Notes: generated by a model from the letters alone, not told the origin. Counted from the first letter of the stretch, positions 8,004 through 19,408 are shown. The stretch is 24,902 nucleotides of DNA from Solirubrobacterales bacterium (GCA_046715315.1 JBKJZF010000132.1:1-24902), one strand, 5' to 3'. A program made the numbers and translations.

Positions 8004-8372
8004 ATGTCCACGGACGACCGGAGCTCTCACCGGGGCCTCGACCTGGAAGGGGTCGAGGGCGGGCTGCGCGCCCGCCTGGCCGAGGTCAGGGCGCAGATCG
8101 GCGAGCTCACGAAGCCGCCCGAGGAGGGCGCGGGCGTGCAGTTCGGCAAGCGCGTCGGGGACGGGACCACCGAGGCGATCAGCCGCTTCACCGACGTCGG
8201 CGTGGCAAACGACCTGCACGCGATCGAGGAGCGGATCGAGCGGGCGCTGGCCAAGCTCGCCGACGGCACCTACGGCGTCTGCGACAGCTGCGGCCGCCCG
8301 ATCGCGGAGGGGCGCCTGAAGGCGGCGCCCGAGAGCGCGCTGTGCGTCGAGTGCGCCCGGGCCGAGCGCTGA
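8004..8372 (+). CDS. TraR/DksA family C4-type zinc finger protein, 122 aa
   Basis: Coiled-coil N-terminus followed by GTYGVCDSCGRPIAEGRLKAAPESALCVECAR (CxxC...CxxC). Confidence 0.92.
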   Translation: MSTDDRSSHRGLDLEGVEGGLRARLAEVRAQIGELTKPPEEGAGVQFGKRVGDGTTEAISRFTDVGVANDLHAIEERIERALAKLADGTYGVCDSCGRPIAEGRLKAAPESALCVECARAER

Positions 8373-8385
8373 GCGCGGGCGGCGG

Positions 8386-8604
8386 CTACTCGGCGACACG
8401 CAGGTGCGCCTGCCACTCGGGGTCGATGCCCCCGAGCGCGTCGAAGACGACGCCCTGCAGCTCGGCCTCGTCGAGGGTCTCCGAGTCGAACATGGCGCAC
8501 TCGAACTCGGGGTCAAAGCCGACCGGGATGTCGGTCACCTTGCCGGCCTGCATCGCCAGCTCCTCGCCCCTGGGCCCGGTCGCCTCCAAGATCAGCATCC
8601 CCAT
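8386..8604 (-). CDS. Small acidic hypothetical protein, 72 aa
   Basis: Fills the gap between the ROK and DksA genes exactly. Normal amino-acid composition, unlike the Arg/Pro-rich shadow ORFs. TAGGCT lies 7 nt upstream of the ATG. Confidence 0.7.
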   Translation of the reverse strand: MGMLILEATGPRGEELAMQAGKVTDIPVGFDPEFECAMFDSETLDEAELQGVVFDALGGIDPEWQAHLRVAE

Positions 8605-8614
8605 GCAGGGCAGC

Positions 8615-9580
8615 CTATCTCGCTCGCCCGCCGACGAGCAGGGCCGCGCCGATCGCGCCGCCGAGGTCTCCCAGGGCGGCGACGCGGACGTCCGGCGGGC
8701 GGTCGTCGGCGAACAGGTGCGGGCTCATCGCGGTGGCGATGCGTTCGGCGTAGGGCTCGCCGAAACGCACCCCCATGCCACCGCCGATGACGATGGCCTC
8801 GATGTCGAGGAGGTTGACGACCGAGGCGATGCCGGCGCCGAGCGCCTCGACGGCGCGGTCGATCAGATGGGTCGCGAGGGGGTCGTCGCGCTCCAGGGCG
8901 CGCGCCCAGATGCCGCTGGTCAGCCGGGTGCGGTCGTGGTGGTGCATCAGCTTGAACAGGTCCGTCTTGCGGCCCTTGTCGTGCTCGCGGCGGGCGTGGG
9001 CCTCCATCGCTCCGCGGCCCGCGTAGGCCTCGAGGCAGCCGCGGCGCCCGCAGGTGCAGTGCGCCCCGTCGAGCTTGACCACCATGTGACCGATCTCCCC
9101 GGCGGCGCCGCGGCCGAGCCAGGGCTCACCGTCGAGGATGACGCCGCCGCCGACGCCGGTGCCCCAGAAGACGCCGACCAGCGAGCGGTAGTCGCGCGCG
9201 GCGCCGAGCTCGAACTCGGCCTGCGTCGCCACCTGGACGTCGTTGCCGAGGCTGACCGCCGCGCCGAGCGCGTCTGCGAGCGCGTCTGCGAGCGCGAACG
9301 TCCCGGACCATTCCGAGAGGTTGCCGGCGCCGCTCACGGTTCCCGCGTCGTTGTCGACATTCCCCGGCGAGCCGACCCCGACGCCGTCGAGCTCGCCCGC
9401 GCTCACGCCCGCCGCCTCGGCGGCCTCGCGCAGCGTCTCGGCCATCTGCTCCGCGATTCGCTGCGGGCCGCCCTCCTGCGGCGTCGGGCCTCGCGCCTGG
9501 CCGAGCACCGAGCTCTGCTCGTCGACGACCGCTGCCTGGATCTTGGTCCCCCCGAGGTCGATTCCGCCCCTGGCGCTCAC
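8615..9580 (-). CDS. glk: ROK family sugar kinase, probable glucokinase, 321 aa
   Basis: GIDLGGTKI, LGNDVQVA, WGTGVGGG, GAAGEIGH and the Zn motif CTCGRRGCLEAY. GTG start with SD GAGGAG overlaps the GH15 stop (GTGA). The glucose substrate is inferred from context. Confidence 0.88.
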   Translation of the reverse strand: MSARGGIDLGGTKIQAAVVDEQSSVLGQARGPTPQEGGPQRIAEQMAETLREAAEAAGVSAGELDGVGVGSPGNVDNDAGTVSGAGNLSEWSGTFALADALADALGAAVSLGNDVQVATQAEFELGAARDYRSLVGVFWGTGVGGGVILDGEPWLGRGAAGEIGHMVVKLDGAHCTCGRRGCLEAYAGRGAMEAHARREHDKGRKTDLFKLMHHHDRTRLTSGIWARALERDDPLATHLIDRAVEALGAGIASVVNLLDIEAIVIGGGMGVRFGEPYAERIATAMSPHLFADDRPPDVRVAALGDLGGAIGAALLVGGRAR

Positions 9581-11454
9581 CTCTCCTCTGCCTCCTGCTC
9601 CGCGGCGATCACCTTGATCACCGCATCGATCAGCGACAGGTGTGTGAACGCCTGCGGGAAGTTGCCCAGGTGTCGGCCGCTGGCGGCGTCGATCTCCTCA
9701 GCGTAGAGGCCGAGCGGGCTGGCGAACGCGAGCAGCTTCTCGCACAGCTCGCGCCCCCTCTCCACCTCGCCGATCTGGACCAGCGCCGACACCAGCCAGA
9801 ACGAGCAGATCGCGAACGTCCCCTCCTCGCCGCTGAGCCCGTCGTCGGTCTCCTCGACGCGGTAGCGCAGCACCAGCCCGTGCTCGGTCAGCTCGTCGGC
9901 GATCGCCAGCACGGTGCGGCGGGCCCGCTCGTCGGTGGGCGGCAGGAACCCCATCAGGACGATCAACAGGAGCGACGCGTCGAGCGCGTCCGTGTCGTAG
10001 TGCTGGACGAAGGTGCCGGCGGGGCCGACTCCCCGCTCGCAGACGTCGGCGTGGATCTCGTCGGCCACCTGCTGCCAGGCCTCGGCACGATCCGTGTCGC
10101 CGCGCTGAGTGGCGAGCCGGATCCCCCGGTCCAGGGCGATCCAGCACATCACCTTCGAGGCGGTGAAGTGCTTGGGCTCGCCGCGGACCTCCCAGATCCC
10201 CCGGTCCCGCTCCTGCCAGTGACTCGCCGCCTCGTCGACGAGGCCGGCGATCAGGTCCCAGGCGGTCGGCGGAAGCTGCTGGGAGAGGCCGCGCCCAGAG
10301 TGGATCGAGATCGAGTCCAGCAACATTCCCCAGACGTCGTGCTGGCGCTGGCGGTAGGCGCCGTTGCCCATCCGCACCGGGCGGGCGCCGCCGTAGCCCG
10401 TGAGGTGGTCGAGCGTGCTCTCGGCGAGGTCCCGCTCGCCGCCGACTCCGTACATCACCTGGAGCGGGTTCTTGGCCACGGTCTCGAAGAGGAAGGCGAA
10501 GTACTCGTAGGCCTCCCAGTCGTAGCCGAGGGTGAACAGCCCCCGCAGCATGAACGCCGAGTCCCTGATCCAGGTGTAGCGGTAGTCCCAGTTGCGTTCG
10601 CCGCCCGGCGTCTCGGGCAGGGAGGTGGTCGCCGCCGCGAGGATCGCTCCGGTCGGCGCGTAGCTGAGCCCCTTCAGGGTGAGCACGCTCTGCTCGAGCT
10701 TGCCCCTCCACGGGTGATCGGGAAACGACCCGCCCTGCAGCCACTGGCGCCAGTGCCGTGAGGTGCCGCCGAGGCGGTCGAAGGCCTCGTCGAGGGTGGT
10801 GGGGGCCTCGATCTGACCCCAGGCCAGCGCGGCGAAGACGCTGGCGCCCTCCTCCACATGGGTGCGGCAGTAGGCGCGCGCGGCGGCCAGCTCGACGCGG
10901 GTGTTCGTGTTCAGCCGCAGCTCGAGATCGGTGTCCTCGGAGCGAACCCGCGCCTGCTCGTAGCCCTCGCCCAGATAGCTCCACGCTCCGGGCTTGCGGC
11001 CGTAGTCGAACACCGGCAGGCAGTTGAGGACGACCTCGACCTCGCCGTCGACGCAGGTGGCGATGCGGATCAACGTCGCCGAGGCCGCGAAGTCGCCCGG
11101 GGCGCGACGGTAACGCTCGGAGCGCGTCCCGTCCTTCCACGGCTCCATCACCAGGAAGTCGTAGACCACCAGCCAGCCCGAGCCCGCCTGCCAGGTCGTC
11201 TCGAGGACGAGCGTGCCGGGCAGGTAACGGCGCTGGTTGGGGACGCCGACGCGCTCGGGGGCGAGCCCGAAGCCGCCGGCCGAGCGATCGAGCATCGAGC
11301 CGAAGACGCTGGGGGAATCGGGGCGCGGCAGGCAGAGCCACTCGACCGCGCCTCCCGGCGCGACCAGGGCCGAGTTCTCGCAGTCCGAGAGGAAGGCGTA
11401 GTCGGCGATCGGCGGGAACGCCGCCGCCCGTGCGGGGCCGGCCGTCGCGCTCAC
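9577..11454 (-). CDS. Glycoside hydrolase family 15 (trehalase/glucoamylase-like, with trehalase-like N-terminal domain), 625 aa
   Basis: PPIADYAFLSDC..SALV.P.G.VEWLCLPRPDSPSVFG N-domain; AAATTSLPE..GGERNWDYRYTWIRD; GIWEVRG; GLYAEE; GNFPQAFTHL. No signal peptide, so cytoplasmic. Confidence 0.93.
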   Translation of the reverse strand: MSATAGPARAAAFPPIADYAFLSDCENSALVAPGGAVEWLCLPRPDSPSVFGSMLDRSAGGFGLAPERVGVPNQRRYLPGTLVLETTWQAGSGWLVVYDFLVMEPWKDGTRSERYRRAPGDFAASATLIRIATCVDGEVEVVLNCLPVFDYGRKPGAWSYLGEGYEQARVRSEDTDLELRLNTNTRVELAAARAYCRTHVEEGASVFAALAWGQIEAPTTLDEAFDRLGGTSRHWRQWLQGGSFPDHPWRGKLEQSVLTLKGLSYAPTGAILAAATTSLPETPGGERNWDYRYTWIRDSAFMLRGLFTLGYDWEAYEYFAFLFETVAKNPLQVMYGVGGERDLAESTLDHLTGYGGARPVRMGNGAYRQRQHDVWGMLLDSISIHSGRGLSQQLPPTAWDLIAGLVDEAASHWQERDRGIWEVRGEPKHFTASKVMCWIALDRGIRLATQRGDTDRAEAWQQVADEIHADVCERGVGPAGTFVQHYDTDALDASLLLIVLMGFLPPTDERARRTVLAIADELTEHGLVLRYRVEETDDGLSGEEGTFAICSFWLVSALVQIGEVERGRELCEKLLAFASPLGLYAEEIDAASGRHLGNFPQAFTHLSLIDAVIKVIAAEQEAEER

Positions 11455-12158
11455 GCGTCCCCGCTCTCTGCGCCCAACGGCAGCCCTTGCTCGAGCGAGG
11501 CGATCGCGTAGTCGGCGCCGGCCTGGCGCAGCTCGTCGAGGCCGTAGGAGCCGGTGGCGACGCCGACGACCCTGATCCCGGCGCCGTGGCCGGCCTCGAC
11601 GTCGCGCGGCGTGTCGCCGACGGCGATGCAGGCGCCGCGGTCGATCGGCGAGGAGGCCAGGCGGTCGGCCCGCTCCAAGGCCACGCGGGCGACGTCGACC
11701 CGCGCGTCGGCGTCCGACCCGTAGCCGCCGAAGCCGAAGAAGTGGTTGAGGCCGGCGCGGGCGAGTTTGATCTGCGCCGCCTGCTCGACGTTGCCGGTGA
11801 TCAGGCCGACCATCAGCCCATCATCGCCGAGCTTGCGCAGCAGCGCCTCGGCGCCGTCCATGACCCGGTAGCCGGGGGACGTCGAGACCTCCTCGGGCAG
11901 GTAGCGCAGGCGAAGCGCCATCAGGCTCGCGATCTCGGCGGGAGTCGGCTCGCGGCCCAGCGCGCCGCGGAAGCTGGTCAGCCCCACCCGTGGGTCGGTC
12001 ACGCCCTTGCCGGTGTAGTCGGAGACCTCGACCGCGACGCCGTGGAGCTCGAGGAAGGCCCGCCGCCACGCCCTGTCGCTCGCCCCCCCGGTGGAGAGCA
12101 GGGTGCCGTCGATGTCGAAGAGGACGACCGCGACCCGAGAGGCGGCCGCCGCGGTCAC
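11451..12158 (-). CDS. HAD-superfamily phosphatase, ~235 aa
   Basis: Motif I FDIDGTLL, motif II LITGN, motif III K in AQIKL, motif IV VGDTPRD. GTG 12158 overlaps the pgi stop (GTGA). Confidence 0.9.
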   Translation of the reverse strand: MTAAAASRVAVVLFDIDGTLLSTGGASDRAWRRAFLELHGVAVEVSDYTGKGVTDPRVGLTSFRGALGREPTPAEIASLMALRLRYLPEEVSTSPGYRVMDGAEALLRKLGDDGLMVGLITGNVEQAAQIKLARAGLNHFFGFGGYGSDADARVDVARVALERADRLASSPIDRGACIAVGDTPRDVEAGHGAGIRVVGVATGSYGLDELRQAGADYAIASLEQGLPLGAESGDA

Positions 12159-13798
12159 GATCCTGCGCCCGCCGCCTCGTCGCGCGCCGCCCGGTAGCGC
12201 CCGATCAGCGCGTTGGTCGAGCTGTCGTGGGTGAGCTGTGGCTCGGAGGCGCTCTGCAGCTCTGCGGCGATCCGCTTCGCCAGCGCCTTGCCCAGCTCGA
12301 CCCCCCACTGGTCGAAGGAGTCGATCCCCCAGACGGCGCCCTGGGTGAAGACGCTGTGCTCGTACAGCGCCACCAGGCTGCCGAGCGTCGCCGGCGTCAG
12401 CTGCCCCACGAGGATCGTGTTCGAGGGCCGGTTGCCCTCGAAGACCCGGTGCGCCACCAGATCCTCCGGCGTGCCCTCGGCGCGGACCTCGTCCGGCGTC
12501 CTGCCGAAGGCCAGCGCCTCGGTCTGGGCGAAGACGTTGGCGATCAGCAGGTCGTGGTGGTCGCCGAGCGGGTTGAGCGAGCGCTCGAAGCCGATGAAGT
12601 CGCAGGGGATCAGCTTCGTCCCCTGGTGGATCAGCTGGTAGAAGGAGTGCTGGCCGTTGGTCCCGGGCTCGCCCCAGTAGACGGCGCCGGTCTCGTGGTC
12701 GACCCGGGTGCCGTCGAGCGTCACATGCTTGCCGTTGGACTCCATCGTCAGCTGCTGGAGGTAGGCGGGAAAGCGGTGCAGGTACTGGTCGTAGGGGAGG
12801 ACCGCCGCCGTCTGCGCTCCGAAGAAGTCTCCGTACCAGACCGCCAGCAGGCCCATCAGCGCCGGCAGGTTGCGCTCGATCGGCGCCTGCAGGAAATGCT
12901 CGTCGATCGCGTGGAACCCGGACAGCATCTCGGCGAAGCGGTCGGGGCCGATCGCCAGCATCGTCGAGAGCCCGATCGCGGAGTCCATCGAGTAGCGCCC
13001 CCCGACCCAGTCCCAGAAGCCGAACATATTGTCGGTGTCGATGCCGAAGGCGGCGACCGCCTCGGCGTTGGTCGAGACCGCGACGAAGTGGCGGGCGACG
13101 GCGTCGTCCGAGCCCAGCGCGCCGACGACCCAGTCGCGCGCGGTGGCGGCGTTGGTCATCGTCTCCAGCGTGGTGAAGGTCTTCGAGGAGACGACGAAGA
13201 GGGTCTCGGCGGGGTCGAGGTCACGGGTGGCCTCGGCGAAGTCGGTGCCGTCGACGTTGGAGACGAAGCGGAAGCTCATCTCTCGCCGCGAGTAATGGCG
13301 CAGCGCCTCGTAGGCCATCACCGGCCCCAGGTCGGAGCCGCCGATCCCGATGTTGACGACGTTGCGGATCGGGCGGCCCGTGTGGCCGTTCCACTCTCCA
13401 CCCCGGACGCCGTCGCAGAAGGCGCGCATCCGGTCGAGCACCTCGTGCACGTCGCGGACGACGTCCGTGCCGTCGACGATCAGCGAGCGCTCGCGCGGCA
13501 TCCGCAGCGCCACGTGCAGCACGGAGCGGCCCTCGGAGACGTTGATCCGCTTGCCCGCGAACATCGCCTCGCGCCTGGCGGGCATCCCGGTCTCCTCCGC
13601 CAGCACGGCCAACAGCCGCAGCGTCTCGTCGCTGAGGCGGTTTTTGGAGTAGTCGAGGTGAAGCCCCGCGGCGTCAGCGACCAGCCGCTCGCCCCGGCCC
13701 GGATCTGAGGCGAAGAGCTGGCGCAGGTGACGGGGGCCGATCTCGGCGTGGTGTCGCTCGAGCGCGCGCCAGGCCTGCAGCTCCCGCAGCGCCGTCAT
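12155..13798 (-). CDS. pgi: Glucose-6-phosphate isomerase, 547 aa
   Basis: [61 protein letters not shown]. Confidence 0.98.
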   Translation of the reverse strand: MTALRELQAWRALERHHAEIGPRHLRQLFASDPGRGERLVADAAGLHLDYSKNRLSDETLRLLAVLAEETGMPARREAMFAGKRINVSEGRSVLHVALRMPRERSLIVDGTDVVRDVHEVLDRMRAFCDGVRGGEWNGHTGRPIRNVVNIGIGGSDLGPVMAYEALRHYSRREMSFRFVSNVDGTDFAEATRDLDPAETLFVVSSKTFTTLETMTNAATARDWVVGALGSDDAVARHFVAVSTNAEAVAAFGIDTDNMFGFWDWVGGRYSMDSAIGLSTMLAIGPDRFAEMLSGFHAIDEHFLQAPIERNLPALMGLLAVWYGDFFGAQTAAVLPYDQYLHRFPAYLQQLTMESNGKHVTLDGTRVDHETGAVYWGEPGTNGQHSFYQLIHQGTKLIPCDFIGFERSLNPLGDHHDLLIANVFAQTEALAFGRTPDEVRAEGTPEDLVAHRVFEGNRPSNTILVGQLTPATLGSLVALYEHSVFTQGAVWGIDSFDQWGVELGKALAKRIAAELQSASEPQLTHDSSTNALIGRYRAARDEAAGAGS

Positions 13799-13804
13799 CG
13801 AGCC

Positions 13805-14877
13805 TCAGGCGGCCGCGTCGCGCTGCGCGGAGATCGAGCCGAGCAGCTCGCGCCAGGAGGCGACGAAGGCCCCGGCGCCGTCGCGCTGGAGCTTGGCGGC
13901 GAGCGGGTCGTGGTCGATCCCTGCCTCGGCGAAGCGCTCCAGCATCTGCTCGGCGTCGCCGCCGTCGGCCGGCAGGGGCTCACCCGGCTCGCCGTGGTCG
14001 GCGAAGGCCAGCAGGGTCTTCTCCGGCATCGTGTTGAGGGTGTGGGGCGCCGCCAGCGCCTCGACGTAGAGCACGTCCGAGGCGCCGGGGTCCTTGGTGC
14101 CCGTGCTCGCCCACAGCAGTCGCTGCGGCCGCGCGCCGGAGTTGGCCAGGCGCTGCCAGCGCGGCGAGTCGAGCAGCTCGCGGTAGGCGCGGTAGGTGCG
14201 TTTGGCGACCGCGATCCCGAGCCGGTTGCGTAGCTCGGCCGGCGCCGTCTCCATCACCGCCCCGTCCCAGCGGCTGACGAACAGCGATGCGACCGAGCCC
14301 ACGGCCGGATCGAGCCCGGCCTCGACCCTGCGCTCGACCCCCCGCATGTAGGCCTCGGCCGCGCCCAGGTATTGCTCGCTGCTAAACAGCAGGGTGACGT
14401 TGACGGGGATCCCGGCGAAGATCGTCTCCTCGATCGCCGCCTGGCCGGCGACGGTCCCGGGGATCTTGATCAGCAGGTTGTCGCGCTCGGCGCGGCCGTG
14501 GAGCGAGCGGGCCTGGGCGATCGTCGCCTCGGCGTCGTCGGCCAGCAGCGGCGAAACCTCGAGCGAGACCCACCCGTCGACCCCGTCGGTGCGCTCATGG
14601 GTCGGCTCGAAGGCGTCGGCGGCTCGGCGCAGGTCGGCCAGCGCCAGCTCGAAGAAGGCCTGCTCGTCGCTCGCGCCCGCCGCGACCAGCTCGGCGATCT
14701 GAGCGTCGTAGGCGTGCCCGTCGGAGATCGCCTTGTCGAAGATCGTCGGGTTCGAGGTCAGGCCGGTGACCGAGAGCTCGGAGACGTAGCGCGCGAGCGT
14801 GCCGTCGTCGAGCATCGTCCGGGTGATGTTGTCGAGCCAGATGCTCTGGCCGAGCTGGTGCAGGCGGGCGGTCGCTT

Positions 14878-14881
<4 letters not shown>
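13805..14881 (-). CDS. tal: Transaldolase, 358 aa
   Basis: GQSIWLDNI, GLTSNPTIF, Schiff-base Lys in IKIPGT, VNVTLLFS, SLFVSRWD, QRLLWASTGTKD. GTG 14881 overlaps the tkt stop (GTGA). Confidence 0.97.
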
Positions 14882-17001
<2,120 letters not shown>

Positions 17002-17009
17002 GACGGCGA

Positions 17010-17053
17010 AGCCTAGCCCGACCGATGCTTCGGCCCGGGCCTCCTCATAGGGT
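17010..17053. promoter_or_regulatory. Back-to-back -10 elements for tkt (TAGGCT, minus, 17015-17010) and rpiA (TAGGGT, plus, 17048-17053) flanking an imperfect inverted repeat
   Basis: GCCCG-a-CCGA-tgct-TCGG-cc-CGGGC (17016-17040) lies between the two hexamers. Confidence 0.5.
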
Positions 17054-17059
17054 TCGGGG

Positions 17060-17692
17060 ATCGGAGCCGATGCGGAGAAGCGACTGGCCGCCGAGGCGGC
17101 CGCCCTGCTGGTCACCGACGGGATGAGCGTCGGCCTCGGCACGGGCTCCACCGTCGCCCACCTGCTGCCGGCGCTGGCCGCGCGCGAGCTGAGGCTGCGC
17201 TGCGTCGCGACGTCGGTCGCCACCGAGCGTGCCGCGCGGGATCTCGGGCTGGCGATCGAGGAGTTCGAGGGGCTCGACCGCCTCGACATCGCGATCGACG
17301 GCGCCGATCAGGTCGATCCCGACCGCTGGCTGGTCAAGGGCGGCGGCGGCGCCCACACGCGGGAGAAGATCGTCGCCGTCGCGGCCGATCGCTTCGTTGT
17401 CATCGCCGACTCCTCCAAGCCCACCGACCGGATCGCGGCTCCGATCCCGCTCGAGCTCTCGCGCTTCGGCGTGACCGCGACCCTGCGCGAGCTGGGACAG
17501 GCGGAGCTGCGAGAGGCTCCGCCGAGCCCCGACGGCGGCCTGATCGCGGACTACCTCGGCGAGGTCGCCGACCCGGCCTCGCTGGCCGCGCGGCTGGCCG
17601 CGTTCCCGGGCGTCGTCGAGCACGGGCTGTTCGCGCCCGAGCTCGTCGCCGATGTGCTGATCGGGCGTGGCGAAGAGGTCGAGCGGCTCTAG
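17060..17692 (+). CDS. rpiA: Ribose-5-phosphate isomerase A, ~210 aa (start codon non-canonical or damaged; first in-frame ATG at 17123)
   Basis: VGLGTGST, TSVAT, LDIAIDGADQ, LVKGGGGAHTREKIVA, PGVVEHGLF. The conserved first helix (EKRLAAEAAALLVTDG) is encoded upstream of ATG 17123. Confidence 0.93.
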   Translation: MGADAEKRLAAEAAALLVTDGMSVGLGTGSTVAHLLPALAARELRLRCVATSVATERAARDLGLAIEEFEGLDRLDIAIDGADQVDPDRWLVKGGGGAHTREKIVAVAADRFVVIADSSKPTDRIAAPIPLELSRFGVTATLRELGQAELREAPPSPDGGLIADYLGEVADPASLAARLAAFPGVVEHGLFAPELVADVLIGRGEEVERL

Positions 17693-18351
17693 GTGCCCGA
17701 CGCGGCGGCGTCGGCGATCAGGATGCCGTCGCGGACCTCGACCCTGGCGGCGGGGATCGTCTGGTCGCCGGCGCGCAGCAGGCGCAACGCCTGGCGCTTG
17801 TCGTCCCCGGTCACCAGCCACAGCAGGCGGCGCGCCGAGGCCAGCCCCGGGTAGGTGAGCGTGATCCGTCGCCGGCCCTGGTAGGGAGCCGCGGTCGGCG
17901 CCACCCGCCGGTCCGCGACCTCCAACACGGGATCGCCGGGCACCAGCGACGCCGTGTGCCCGTCGGGCCCGAGGCCGAGGTGGACGAGGTCGAGCGAGTC
18001 CGGGAGCAAAGCCTCATACGAGGCGGCCGCGGCATCGAGGTCGGCGGCGGTCACCGCCATCGGGTGGGCGGCGCGCAGCCTGGGGATCGGCAGCGCCTCG
18101 AGCGCGTGCTCCCAGTTGCGCTCCGGATCGCCGGGCGGCGCCACCCGCTCGTCCACCTGGAAGAGCTCCGTCTGCGCCCACGGCATCTCGAGGTCGGCCA
18201 AGCCGGCGTACATCCGCCAGGGAGAGCGCCCGCCGCTGATCGCCAGGGTGAAGACGCCTCGATCGGCGACGGCCTCGCGGGCCGCCTCGGCGATCACCTC
18301 CGCGCCGCGCCGGGCGGCTGCCGCGGCGTCGGCGAGGGCCTCGACCCTCAG
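17689..18351 (-). CDS. pgl: 6-phosphogluconolactonase, ~220 aa (homology begins at a CTG; nearest canonical start is GTG 18297)
   Basis: FTLAISGGRSP, FQVDER, DLVHLGLGPDGHTASL, RRITLTYP, LWLVTGDDK. Located directly downstream of gnd. Confidence 0.93.
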   Translation of the reverse strand: MRVEALADAAAAARRGAEVIAEAAREAVADRGVFTLAISGGRSPWRMYAGLADLEMPWAQTELFQVDERVAPPGDPERNWEHALEALPIPRLRAAHPMAVTAADLDAAAASYEALLPDSLDLVHLGLGPDGHTASLVPGDPVLEVADRRVAPTAAPYQGRRRITLTYPGLASARRLLWLVTGDDKRQALRLLRAGDQTIPAARVEVRDGILIADAAASGT

Positions 18352-19376
18352 CAGGGCTTCTCCGCGTGGCCGCCGAACTGCTTGCGCATCGCCGAGAGCA
18401 CCCGGCCGGCGTAGTCGTCGAGGTCGCGGGAGGCGAAGCGCTCGTACAGGGCGGTGGTCAGCACCGGCGCCGGGACCCCCTCCTCGATCGCGGCCACCGA
18501 GGTCCAGCGGCCCTCGCCCGAGTCCGAGACCCGGCCGGCGCCCTCCGCCCGCTCGGGCGACTCCCGCAGCGCGGCGGCCGTCAGGTCGAGCAGCCAGGAG
18601 CCGATCACGCTGCCGCGGCGCCAGACCTCCGCGACCTCGGGCAGCTCGATCTCGTAGCTGTAGAACTCGGGATGGTCGAGCGGTGCGGTCTCGGCGTCGG
18701 CCTCGCGCTCGACGCTGCCGGCGTTCGCGTTGCGGAGGATGTTGAGCCCCTCGGCGTAGGCCGCCATCACGCCGTACTCGATCCCGTTGTGGACCATCTT
18801 CACGAAGTGGCCGGCGCCGCTGGGGCCGCAGTGCAGGTAGCCGTGCTCGGCCGGGCTCGGCTCGCCGTCGCGGCCAGGCGTCCGCTCCGCCGACTCGACC
18901 CCGGGAGCAAGCGTCGCGAAGATCGGATCGAGGCGTTCGACCGCTCCTGGGGGCCCGCCGATCATCAGGCAGTAGCCGCGCTCGAGGCCGAAGACCCCGC
19001 CACTGGTTCCGCAATCGATGTAGTCGATCCCGCGCTCGCCCAGCTCCGCAGCGCGACGGATGTCGTCGCGGTAATAGGAATTGCCACCGTCGATGACGAC
19101 ATCGCCGCGCTCGAGCTGGTCGGCGATCCCGTGCACGGTGTCCTCCGTGATCTCGCCCGCCGGGACCATCGCCCAGACGGCCCGCGGAGCCGAGAGCTTC
19201 GCCGCCAGCTCGGTCAGCGACGCGGCGCCCACCGCCCCCTCCGCCGCCAGCGCCTCGATTGCCTTCTCATCGACGTCGTAGACGACGCAGCGGTGGCCTG
19301 CGGCCATCAGGCGCCGGGCGATGTTCGCGCCCATCCGCCCGAGTCCGACGATGCCGAGCTCGGAGGTCTCGCTCAC
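18348..19376 (-). CDS. gnd: 6-phosphogluconate dehydrogenase, decarboxylating, short YqeC/Gnd-type, 342 aa
   Basis: [75 protein letters not shown] 19376 follows the SD AAAGGAA. Confidence 0.96.
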   Translation of the reverse strand: MSETSELGIVGLGRMGANIARRLMAAGHRCVVYDVDEKAIEALAAEGAVGAASLTELAAKLSAPRAVWAMVPAGEITEDTVHGIADQLERGDVVIDGGNSYYRDDIRRAAELGERGIDYIDCGTSGGVFGLERGYCLMIGGPPGAVERLDPIFATLAPGVESAERTPGRDGEPSPAEHGYLHCGPSGAGHFVKMVHNGIEYGVMAAYAEGLNILRNANAGSVEREADAETAPLDHPEFYSYEIELPEVAEVWRRGSVIGSWLLDLTAAALRESPERAEGAGRVSDSGEGRWTSVAAIEEGVPAPVLTTALYERFASRDLDDYAGRVLSAMRKQFGGHAEKPC

Positions 19377-19408
19377 GCTGGTTCCTTTCGATCGCTGCCG
19401 GGCGGACG

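Noticed and set aside
9266-9296. 12-bp tandem repeat (GAGCGCGTCTGC, ~2.6 copies) inside the ROK gene
   Set aside because: It encodes ALADALADAL in an amphipathic helix of apparently normal length. It is too short and in-frame, with no sign of a CRISPR or contingency locus.
6770-9706. 978-aa plus-strand ORF, and other long alternative-frame ORFs (9640-10761, 9698-11341, 11990-13708, 15403-16347, 21720-23963, 22090-24174 and similar)
   Set aside because: They overlap well-supported genes, are Arg/Pro/Gly/Ala-rich and carry no recognisable motifs. They are typical stop-poor shadow frames of high-GC DNA.
17002-17289. ORF-track N-terminal extensions of tkt (to 17289), and likewise of tal, HAD, gnd, zwf, sigma, helicase and DGC
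   Set aside because: The extensions overlap neighbouring genes or promoters and show no family similarity. Downstream starts have an SD, coupling or -10 support.
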